From Eledone cirrhosa (Eukaryota), in contig OZ024746.1 in assembly GCA_964016885.1 (NCBI GenBank), positions 98,952,001 through 99,016,000 of the forward strand: 64,000 bases of DNA, read 5' to 3'. Both the position numbers and the translations under genes were made by a program. Under the pieces are notes generated by a model. The model worked only from the letters and a program-made list of their open reading frames with translations, was not told the DNA's origin and made no database searches. This document shows, piece after piece, positions 54,240 through 64,000 of this stretch; the first letter of the stretch is position 1; each line of letters begins with the position of its first letter.

Positions 54240-55938
54240 CCCTTTATCATTTACATTACTCTCTATATACTATTGTATTTTCACAGTAAAAGCTTTACTT
54301 CACATATCATTTACATTACTCTCTATATACTATTGTATTTTCACAGTAAAAGCTTTACTTCACATATCATTTATCATTACTCTCTATATACTATTGTATT
54401 TTCACAGTAAAAGCTTTACTTCACATATCATTTATCATTACTCTATATATACTATTGTATTTTCACAGTAAAAGCTTTACTTCACATATCATTTACATTA
54501 CTCTCTATATACTATTGTATTTTCACAGTAAAAGCTTTACTTCACATATCATTTATCATTACTCTCTATATACTATTGTATTTTCACAGTAAAGGCTTTA
54601 CTTCACATATTTACATTACTCTATATATACTATTGTATTTTCACAGTAAAGGCTTTACTTCACATAACATTTACATTACTCTATATATACTATTATATTT
54701 TCACAGTAAAGGCTTTACTTCACATATTTACATTACTCTCTATATACTATTGTATTTTCACAGTAAAGGCTTTACTTCACATATCATTTACATTACTCTC
54801 TATATACTATTGTATTTTCACAGTAAAGGCTTTACTTCACATAACATTTACATTACTCTATATACTATTGTATTTTCACAGTAAAGGCTTTACTTCACAT
54901 ATTTACATTACTCTCTATATACTATTGTATTTTCACAGTAAAGGCTTTACTTCACATATTTACATTACTCTCTATATACTATTGTATTTTCACAGTAAAG
55001 GCTTTACTTCACATATTTACATTACTCTATATATACTATTGTATTTTCACAGTAAAGGCTTTACTTCACATAAAATTTACATTACTCTATATATACTATT
55101 GTATTTTCACAGTAAAGGCTTTACTTCACATAACATTTACATTACTCTATATATACTATTATATTTTCACAGTAAAGGCTTTACTTCACATATTTACATT
55201 ACTCTCTATATACTATTGTATTTTCACAGTAAAGGCTTTACTTCACATATCATTTACATTACTCTCTATATACTATTGTATTTTCACAGTAAAGGCTTTA
55301 CTTCACATATTTACATTACTCTATATATACTATTGTATTTTCACAGTAAAGGTTTTACTTCACATAACATTTACATTACTCTATATATACTATTGTATTT
55401 TCACAGTAAAGGCTTTACTTCACATAACATTTACATTACTCTATATATACTATTGTATTTTCACAGTAAAAGCTTCACATAACATTTACATTACTCTATA
55501 TACTATTGTATTTTCACAGTAAAGGCTTTACTTCACATATTTACATTACTCTATATACTATTGTATTTTCACAGTAAAAGTTTTATCCCACATAATATCG
55601 AATCTGAAATTGATATTTATTTTGAGAACAATACCTTAACCCTTTAACATTTAAACTGGCCATAACCAGCCAGAATTCTCACCTCTTTTTGTTCAAACTG
55701 GTCATAACTAGCCACTCATACTGATGTTAAGGTATTGTTCTTAAAATAAACAATATCAAAATCTCATAGATTCAATATTATGTGAGATAAAACCGTTACC
55801 ATGAAAATACAATAATAAATATAGAGTAATGTAAATGCTAAAGGGTTAACATCAGTATCAGTGGCCAGTTACAGCCAGTTTGAACAGAAAGAAGTGAGAG
55901 AATTCTGGCTGGATATGGCCGGTTTAAATGTTAAAGAA
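54240..55938 (-). mobile_element. piggyBac-type MITE whose right terminus expanded into a ~55-61-bp array (54240-55580)
   Basis: TTAA at 54236-54239 and 55939-55942; more than 20 units of ATTTACATTACTCTMTATATACTATTGTATTTTCACAGTAAAGGCTTTACTTCACAT. Confidence 0.9.
55640..55845 (+). mobile_element. piggyBac-type MITE nested in another copy of its own family
   Basis: The host sequence AATACC-TTAA-CATCAGT is split, with TTAA duplicated at 55636-55639 and 55846-55849. Confidence 0.92.
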
Positions 55939-56106
55939 TTAAGTCCACCAAACCTGAAGAACCCCGGCTCCCATGGTCTAAACCCAACCCCAGAGGTGAA
56001 CTCTAACTAGGTGGGTAGGATGTGTGGAGCTGAAGCATGAACTATCATTTACGGCTTAGTCTAGGTTGGTTACATCCAACATGGAGACAGGCTTTGAACA
56101 TGTTTA

Positions 56107-56250
56107 ACCCTTTAGCATTTAAACTGGTTGTATCCGGCCAGAATTCTCTCACCTCTTTCTGTTCAAACTGGCTGTAACCAGCTGCTCATACCGATGTTAA
56201 AAGGTATTGTTCTCAAAATAAATACTATCAAAATCTCAGATTTGACATTA
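56107..56250 (+). mobile_element. piggyBac-type MITE, 3'-truncated
   Basis: Starts TTAA|CCCTTTAGCATTTAAA. Confidence 0.8.
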
Positions 56251-56284
56251 ACCTTTAACCTCAGATGGACAACTTATACTCTTA

Positions 56285-56495
56285 TATGGACATGACACAC
56301 GGCCAGTTGACTGTAAGTCTCTTTTGTTAATAGTCTGGAACTCTCTGTTGAAACAGCAAGATATCAGCCATCGGGCCCCGACAATTTCTAATATAGTCAC
56401 ACTCTATCCCAAGTGACAGTTATATATATACACACACACATACATATACTACCCCAAGTATTGAGTACTCTGGTGAGAAATGGTCTAACAGGTTA
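56285..56495 (+). mobile_element. Diverged Penelope-like terminal fragment
   Basis: AGTCTGGAACT..TGTTGAAACAGC..TCAGCCATCGGGCCCC..CCCCAAGTATTGAGTACTCTGGTG. Confidence 0.5.
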
Positions 56496-56520
56496 TATAT
56501 ATATATATATATATCTATCC

Positions 56521-56550
56521 CACTATAAAGTGGTCGTGTAGGTGTCATGA

Positions 56551-56583
<33 letters not shown>

Positions 56584-57230
56584 CACCCAATACTCACTGT
56601 AAGGTGGTCGTGTAGGTGCCACAGTAAAAAAGCACCCAATACACTGTAAGGTGGTCGTGTAGGTGCCACAGTAAAAAAGCACCCATTACACACTGTAAGG
56701 TGGTTGTGTAGGTGCCATGGTAAAAAAGCACCCAATACTCACTGTAAGGTGGTCGTGTAGGTGCCACGGTAAAAAAGTACCCAATACTCACTGTAAAGTG
56801 GTCGTGTAGGTGCCACAGTAAAAAAAAAAAAAAAAAAAAAGCACCCAATACACACTGTAAGGTGGTCGTGTAGGTGCCACGGTAAAAAAGCACCCAATAC
56901 TCACTGTAAGGTGGTCGTGTAGGTGCCACAGTAAAAAAGTACCCAATACTCACTGTAAAGTGGTCGTGTAGGTGCCACAGTAAAAAAAAAAAAAAAAAAA
57001 AGCACCCAATACACACTGTAAGGTGGTCGTGTAGGTGCCACGGTAAAAAAGCACCCAACACTCACTGTAAATGAGGTTGGTGTTAGGAAGTGCATCCAGC
57101 TGTAAAAAAAAAAATCAAGCCAGAATCAGTTCTGTATGAGTAAGACAAGGTCACCTGACCTGGCACTGCCCACAACAGGACCCATGCTAGCGTGGAAAAA
57201 TGGGTGTAAAACGGTGACGGCGATGATGGT
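56521..57230 (+). mobile_element. SINE family B 3' part with ~11 tandem units of ~47 bp
   Basis: Unit CACTGTAAGGTGGTCGTGTAGGTGCCAC.GTA(A)nGCACCCAATA, then the normal family B tail. Confidence 0.88.
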
Positions 57231-57432
57231 CACTGTAAAACTATGTCTACACACTCAACACATGCATACATGTATACTCACAATAGCACACAACATAGCC
57301 CAGCATGACATTCAAACTCAAGTGATGAGCAGCTGTTCATTAGAATTGTTTATTTTAGAGAAGTCTTAAGTTGTGTTGATTAACCAACTTTTAATTATTA
57401 ATATGGTGAGACGTTACATAACTATGTACTAA

Positions 57433-57645
57433 CCCTTTAGCATTTAAACCGGCAATATCTGGCCAGAGTTCTCACCTCTTTCTGTTCAAACCGGCTGTAA
57501 TCGGCCACTCATACTGATGTTAAGGTAATGTTCTCAAAATAAATAATATCAAAATCTCAGATTTAATATTATGTGAGATAATTATGTGAGGTAAAGCCTT
57601 ACAATGAAAATATAATAGTATATTTAGAGTAATGTAAATGGTTAA
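57433..57645 (+). mobile_element. piggyBac-type MITE
   Basis: CCCTTTAGCATTTAAA start and full body; right TIR eroded. Confidence 0.8.
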
Positions 57646-57704
57646 TAACCCTATTCCAAAGTCAACTTGGCTTTTCATCTTTACAAGGTCAATAAAATAA
57701 AGTA

Positions 57705-57810
57705 CCATATGTGGTCCACCTTATGATGAGCCACACCCTATGTGGTCCACCTTATGATGAACCACACCCTATATGGTCCACCTTATGATGAACCACACCC
57801 TATGTGGCCA
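57705..57810. repeat. 3 x ~31-bp tandem repeat
   Basis: TATGTGGTCCACCTTATGATGARCCACACCC. Confidence 0.9.
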
Positions 57811-57955
57811 CTGCTTGCCCATGCCTGATATAGCCAGTAATGAATGTTGTGAAGAGAAATAGAATGAGATGAGTCATGTTGATGAAGGGTAAAAGTGGTG
57901 GGGTTGCGGTGTCATGGAATGAATGCCAGGAAGTAGAGAAAGGGGCAGAATAGTT

Positions 57956-58026
57956 AGTAAGTAAAGTAAAGTAAAGTAAAGTAAAGTAAAGTAAAGTAAA
58001 GTAAAGTAAAGTAAGTAAGTAAGTAA
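57956..58026. repeat. (GTAAA)n/(GTAA)n microsatellite
   Basis: Directly visible. Confidence 0.95.
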
Positions 58027-58254
58027 GCAAGTTGGTGGTGTGGTGTGGTGGTGTGACTTAAAAATGGAATGATAAGAAAGCAAGGTGGGGGGGAGATTTC
58101 CTCATCAGTCGTCTACCGAGGGTCTCAGATATTTCAATGCTTAAGCGTTGAAATTGATGAAGAATCCCCGTCCCCCTTGTTCTTGCTGTCTTCTCATTCC
58201 ATTTTAAAGCCGAACTTAGCTACCAACTACACAGCCATCGTATTCTCTATATAT

Positions 58255-58620
58255 CATCATCATTATTTTAAGTCCGCTTTTCCCTGCTTGCAAGGGTGGG
58301 ACGGGAACTGATTCTGGCTTGATTTCTACAGCTGGATGCCCTTCCTAACACCAACCTCATTAACAGTGAGTGGTGGGTGCTTTATTCCGTGGCGCCTACA
58401 CAACCACTTTACAGTGTGGGTTGGGTGCTTTTTTGCCATGGCACCTCCACGACCACCTTGCAATGGGAGGGTGTGGGGGCATATTGTCTATATGCTTCAG
58501 CTTCGGCTTGTACCCGGGGGGGGGGGGAGTCTTCTGTATTACTGCGTGACGCCAGAGGTCACGGTCGTGTGTCATCGCCTTTGAGAGGTCCAATTGGGTA
58601 AGGTCAGCTTTTATATATGC
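58255..58620 (-). mobile_element. SINE family B 3' part (58255-58460) and RTE 3' fragment (58500-58620)
   Basis: The SINE tail matches 33808-33975; the RTE fragment translates DLTQLDLSKAMTHDRDLWRHAVIQKT. Confidence 0.75.
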
Positions 58621-58803
58621 ATCTCTATTCTGTGTATCATATATGTACTTTATATTGACATATTCAGATATTTTAAAAAGTTTTTCTCTCACTCTACATA
58701 TACATCATATATATATTTATGTATGTTTAGAGATAAGCGGCTGGAAAATTCTGTTAGAGAAGTATATTTAAATTTATTTACAAGTGGTTAAGGTTTCACC
58801 TAC

Positions 58804-58926
58804 GAATGTTGATTTAGACTAAATTCTGATGATAAATGATACTGGTGGGACACTGGTTTAGCGCTTAACTCTTCATTGACACTGTTACACAATCCTTGGG
58901 GACTAATACACATTTTGTAGCTCTTA
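58804..58926 (-). CDS. Candidate exon (123 nt, phase 2-2, or terminal with TAG at 58800-58802)
   Basis: Acceptor TTTCCAACTTGTTCAG, donor TC|GTAGGT; open frame KSYKMCISPQGLCNSVNEELSAKPVSHQYHLSSEFSLNQH. Confidence 0.4.
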
Positions 58927-59429
58927 CTGAACAAGTTGGAAACTACAATCAAATGTTAACTAAAGTATATTTCTATATGAATTTGTTGAAACATTTGGTT
59001 ATATTACAGACAACTGAGTATGAAACTTCCCTTATATGGATATAATTGAGCATGTCGTGTACTCTCAGATCTTAAATAATTGTCACCCACCTCCTGCTTA
59101 TTATTTCCAAGCCCCTCACTTATTCAATTTTGCTAATCTATCTTTGGCGAAATTTTATTGTAAGTGATTCATATTGATACAGCAGCTGGAGAATCTAATA
59201 ATTAAAAAAACATTATATATGACAAAAAAGAACATTACAAGAAATCCCATATTTACGAATGAATGTATTCTATATAATTACAGACGCCCCCCCCCCTTTT
59301 ATAAGAAATTTAAGCAAATGTCCTGAGGCATATATCTAGTATGCAACACCTTCCCTACCATCACCCCTCCCATACACCTCCCTTGCTGTAATCATCCCAC
59401 CCTTGTCCCTACATCCCCAGGCATCTTCC

Positions 59430-59667
59430 CCACCCTAAAGTGGTCCCTCTGGAGCCATGACAAAAGTGTCCAGTCTACACCGTAAAGTGGTTGTGTAGGT
59501 GTCACAACAAAAAGCACCCAGTACACTGTCAATGTGGTTGGCATTAGGAAAGGCATCCAGAAACTGTTCTGCATGAGCAAAACATGGTTCTCCAGCCTGG
59601 ATCTCTCAAAATCTGGCAATCTGTCCTACCCATGCTAGCATGGAAAATGGATGTTAAATGATGATGA
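59430..59667 (+). mobile_element. SINE family B 3' part
   Basis: CACCCAGTACACTGT..GGCATCCAG..CCCATGCTAGCATGGAAAATGGATGTTAAA(TGA)n. Confidence 0.8.
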
Positions 59668-59815
59668 ATTAATTGTACAAACTGTACCACATGATAATTC
59701 TCCCTCTTGAAAATTTCACTGGTAGCAGTCAGAGAAATTTATCCTTTCATTGAGGGAGTCTCTTGACAAACTGATAACGGCCCCAGTGCACTTTACTTGC
59801 ACTTGGGTTGCATAC

Positions 59816-59920
59816 CAATCAGTGAAACTGTAGTTGGGACTTTGAAGATAAATTAGGTACATGTCTATTTGATCTTCCCATTTATAATTGTCATATGTCA
59901 ACTCTATTTTATAAAACATA
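59816..59920 (-). CDS. Candidate exon (105 nt, phase 2-2; alternatively terminal, running to the stop at 59716)
   Basis: Acceptor TTTTCATATTTCTATCAG; frame MFYKIELTYDNYKWEDQIDMYLIYLQSPNYSFTD; donor TG|GTATGC is phase-compatible with 58926. Confidence 0.45.
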
Positions 59921-60900
59921 CTGATAGAAATATGAAAAATAAATAAAAATAAAATTAAGTCTGAATGCCTCAGATCTGTAATGGCTCAGGTGAAACGATT
60001 GTGCCATGATTAGGTGGATCTGTGGTGTCAAATTGAAAGATGAGACCCTTCGACTGTGCTCCACCAGAAGCTGGGTGTGGATGAGATCAATGCTGTCCTT
60101 CACACACAAGGACTCTTGGGCCGTAAAAGAAGGAGGGGTAAGGGGAGAGGGTAATGGGTTCTATGTCTGGGGTGGGACGGTGTTTCAGCTGTGTCCCACC
60201 CACAAAACTGCAAAGGCATTTCTGTTGCCAGGGATACCCATTGCAACAGCCACCCTACTTCAAGGGGTTCCTTCCTCAGGACGGGTTGCTGATGTTTCAG
60301 TTCTCAACTAATGAAATATCAATTATCCTAATTGTTTTAAACAATTAGGATAACTGAAAACTAATAGAAGCTGTTATCCAAGTTATATATCAGTAGTAGT
60401 GCTGTGTTGTCTGGACAAGTTGGCAGTGGAAACATGCACATATGTATGTATGCATATATGCATGTATGTATATATGCATATATGCATGTATGTATATATG
60501 CATATATACATGTATGTATATATGCATGTAATCATGTATGTATGCAAAGGGCGGAAGAACTCATGAGTCAATGGCCTTCCAAAAATGTGTAAATATGTAT
60601 ATACATATGTATATACATGTATACGTGTATATATATATATGCACGGGGATATGGAAATAATCGGGCTGGACACCTGATTGTGCGGTTAAACCACTGGGAA
60701 TGAAGGACCCTAGCTTTTGTCAGGGCATTCTTCTAGGAGAAGGCAACTCAGGAAACTGGGATAACTCTGATATAAAACCTGTGGCTCAGTAGTTACCGAT
60801 GATGTTGATCTTTTCTTTTCGGGTTATAGCTAGTGTTGCTCAGAGAGTGGGATTGGCTCAGTGCACAGGCATTGCATGATAGCATTAATTAATAATTATT

Positions 60901-61080
60901 AATAATTGTTTCTACTTTAGGCACAAGGCCAGCAATTACCCAGTGCATTACTGGTACTTTATTGTATCGACCCCGTAAGGATGAAAGGCAAAGTCAACCT
61001 CGGCGGGATTTGAACTCAGATCATAAAGGGACGTAACTATGCTGGAAAGCATGACGTCTGACCCTCTACCGATACTGCCA
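60901..61080 (-). mobile_element. SINE family A
   Basis: Reverse-complement of the family A core. Confidence 0.85.
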
Positions 61081-61989
61081 AAATGTTATATTATACAATG
61101 GCCATACTCGATAACGAGGGGGCAGCCATCTTGTATGTATATATGCATATGTGAATGTATGTATGTACATATGTATGTATATATATATACACATATGCAT
61201 GCGTGCGCGCGTGCGTGCATGTGTGTGTGCATATGTATGCACATGTGCATGTGTATGTGTAAATGTGTATGTATGTATGTACCTATGTATGTATGTGTAA
61301 GGTGTGTATGTATCATATGTATGCATATATGTATGTATATATGCATATGTGCATGTGTGCATGTGTGCACGTGCATATGTGTGTTTATGAGTAAATAAAC
61401 AAGGTCATGCAGTGAATCTGTCTGCACTTGCTACATAGTGGAGACATTCCAGGGCAAATCAATTATGAACAACTTCACAGCACAGCACGAGGTAATATTA
61501 GCTATATAGCCAGTGGCAACATTCTGGAGACAAGGAATTGGTAGGAACAACAGTTTGTATCAACTATCATTGTAGTTACATAGCCAGTGACAGCTGTACT
61601 TTCAATTATGTAGCCAGTGACAGCTGTAATTTTAATTACTCTATTTCTCAGCGCTGAAGACCCTTCATCCTTTGAGACTTATTTTAGGAAAAAAGTAGTG
61701 TCTTCGATGCCGGGAAATACAGTACAAAGCTCCTCATGGCAACATTTTATAAGAATGTTTCTTAAGGGATGCTTGGTATGGAAAGAAATGAAACTGAGGC
61801 CTTTATGCTAAAATTCAAACTGAAATATTGATTGAGCAGATCTAGGATGAAAGGCATTCCAGCTATGACCATCCAGATTTTATTTGCCAAAACCATTTCT
61901 GGTTCTATGAAATAAAACCTCACATCTTAAAGGTATCCAGTTTAAATTAAAATCTTCCAGCATAATTTTATATAAGAACCTTATGTTAA

Positions 61990-62200
61990 CCCTTTAGCAT
62001 TTAAACCGGCTATATTTGGCCAGAATTCTCTCACCTCTTTCTGTTCAAACTGGCAACTCATACTGATGTTAAGGTATTGTTCTCAAAATAAATAATATCA
62101 AAATCTCATAGATTCGATATTATGTGAGATAATTATGTGAGAAATCCTTTACCATGAAAATACAATAGTATATATAGAGTAATGTGAATGCTAAAAGTTT
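61990..62200 (+). mobile_element. piggyBac-type MITE
   Basis: TTAA|CCCTTTAGCATTTAAA ... GAATGCTAAAAG.TTAA. Confidence 0.83.
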
Positions 62201-62574
62201 AAGTTACTATCTTAGTAATGAAAAAATTAATAACTTTAGAAAATCTATCTCTGGTTCTCTGAAACACAACCACCTATTTTAAAGGTTTCTAATTTAAATT
62301 AAAATCTTCCAACATAATTTTATTTGAGAATCTTTATATAAGAATCTTAGTAATGAAATAATTAATAATTTTAGTAAATCCCTCAAATGACTTAATTGAA
62401 ATAGAGTGTATTTCATTAGAAATGTGGTCATGAAAGGGTTAAGGGTTACTTTTTATAGGAAAACTTATCCAAAAACAAACAGCAGAACAAATACTGACAG
62501 AGATATGTGATGTTCAAACAGTTCTGTCAATCCACAACTCTGCAGTAGTTGACTATTTCGTAGACCCTGGACGC

Positions 62575-62990
62575 CATCATCGTCACCATTTAATGTCCAT
62601 CTTTCCATGTTTGCATGGGTTAAACTGGTTGCCCACATTATTAGACAAGTCTAGCGAGCTGGCCGTGCCATACCTTGCTCAGATGGAATTGTATTTTGGC
62701 TGGGGATTTTTACACCTGGATGCCATTCCTAACACCAACCACGTTTACAGTGTAGAACTGGGTGGTTCCATTATGAGGGAGGTCTGACCAGTTGACCACA
62801 TGTCTTGCTCATCGTATGTGGAACTGGGTGGCACTGTTGTAAGGCAAGTCTGGCCAATTAGCCGCGCCATACCTTGCTCAGGTGGAACTGTATTTTGGCT
62901 GGGATTTTTACAGCTGGATGCCCTTCATAACATCACCCACATTTACAGTGTGGAACTGGGTGGTCCTATTATGAGACAAGTCTGACCAGA
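62575..62990 (-). mobile_element. SINE family B 3' part, internally duplicated
   Basis: Two copies of CTGGATGCC.TTC.TAACA.CA.CCAC.TTTACAGTG. Confidence 0.7.
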
Positions 62991-63297
62991 AGGCTGTGCC
63001 ATGAAAAATAAAGTTGACCCTGTAAGATTTGAACTTAAGGCAGAGAGCCAGACCAAATACCACTAAGTTTTCTATCTGAACCTCTAACAATTAACCTTCA
63101 GCATGCTTTTTATGAGTTGCTTCCCTTGACACTGCATTATGTATTAAGGGAAGATTACTCTTGTCGCAATTTGTCCGTCAGCGCATTAAAGGTTAAAATA
63201 ATTCATCATCAATCATATTTGAGAAATTAGAGATACTGACTGAAATAAGGAATGAAATAACTGCAACTTGAAATAGAAACAAAGTTATATAGACACT

Positions 63298-63705
63298 TGC
63301 ACTGTTGGGTCTCGAATAATCGTCCCCCCACCCACCCATTTATTAATTTTTCAGATTTTTTCCTCCACCTCCACTTTTATTCCACCCCACCCTGCTTATT
63401 TAATTTTGCTTATTTATCTCCTGCAAAATTTTATTTTAATTTTCTCTATACATTAAAAAACATTATCATGATAAAAAAAGTACATTACTAGAAATCCCAT
63501 ATGGGATAAAATATGGGTTGGGGGTGTCAATATGTAAACTAAACGACTAATTCTGGTTTTTAAAAAAAATTAACAGAGACAACCTAGAAAAATTACCAAT
63601 TTTCCAACTTCCCCACTTATTCTAACTCCTCCACTTATTTCAACACCCACACTTATTCCACCTTCCTCCACTTATTCCAACCCTATTATTAGGGACCTCA
63701 GAACA
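63298..63705. mobile_element. Probable non-autonomous DNA transposon; related fragment at 59058-59320
   Basis: Imperfect TIR TGTTGGGTCTCGAATAAT / ATTATTAGGGACCTCAGAACA; shared internal AAAACATTAT..ACATTAC.AGAAATCCCATAT. Confidence 0.45.
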
Positions 63706-64000
63706 TGCTTCTGTCTCACTAGCTGTAGCAGCAAAATTACTAAAACCAAGTTTGTTTGCTGACTATTTTCTCAACGATCACAGCTTATTGTTATCAAGTT
63801 ATCATATTTATAACAAGATATATCAGGTCTGGTATTGACATTTTATGTTTCTTAATAGTTTTCTTTGTGACAGGAAAAATGATATCTCTTTCAAATTCTG
63901 TGAATTATACATTTCTGTTAAACTTTTCTAGGCCACCCAAAAACTATTTTATCTTTTCTGCCATATCAACTCAAAATTCCCATAAAATATCAATTTATTT

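Noticed and set aside
54576-55482. Repetitive ORFs (YFHSKGFTSHIYITL)n
   Set aside because: Translation of the MITE-derived minisatellite.
57282-57345. Possible signal-peptide or first exon of the GPI gene (donor GTGAGT)
   Set aside because: The phase-1 reading gives only MLGYVVCY, too short for a signal peptide, and the acceptor context is weak.
61617-61811. 64-aa plus-strand ORF after a pyrimidine-rich AG
   Set aside because: No recognisable motif, no partner exon and no convincing donor.

Overview
AT-rich, repeat-dominated eukaryotic genomic window. The SINE/RTE/microsatellite make-up points to an octopus or other cephalopod (inference). It contains about 17 kb of (TA)n-derived arrays, including a 200-N gap. 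Retroelements: RTE-clade LINE copies (one with an intact 714-aa RT frame and an internal PHD finger), CR1 and CRE remnants, and two tRNA-derived SINE families. DNA elements: a ~210-bp piggyBac-type TTAA MITE family whose termini have expanded into tandem arrays and which has inserted into itself, plus hAT MITEs with 8-bp TSDs. Penelope-like remains: a decayed GIY-YIG ORF, one complete minimal type-I hammerhead ribozyme (4679-4734), and a dispersed family of hammerhead-like termini that often form fold-back palindromes. Three minus-strand exons (43637-43721, 41587-41777, 38943-39025) splice in frame to a small 4-Cys protein with a GPI-like C-terminus; a few further candidate exons are less certain. 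Nearly all long ORFs in the supplied track are microsatellite artefacts.
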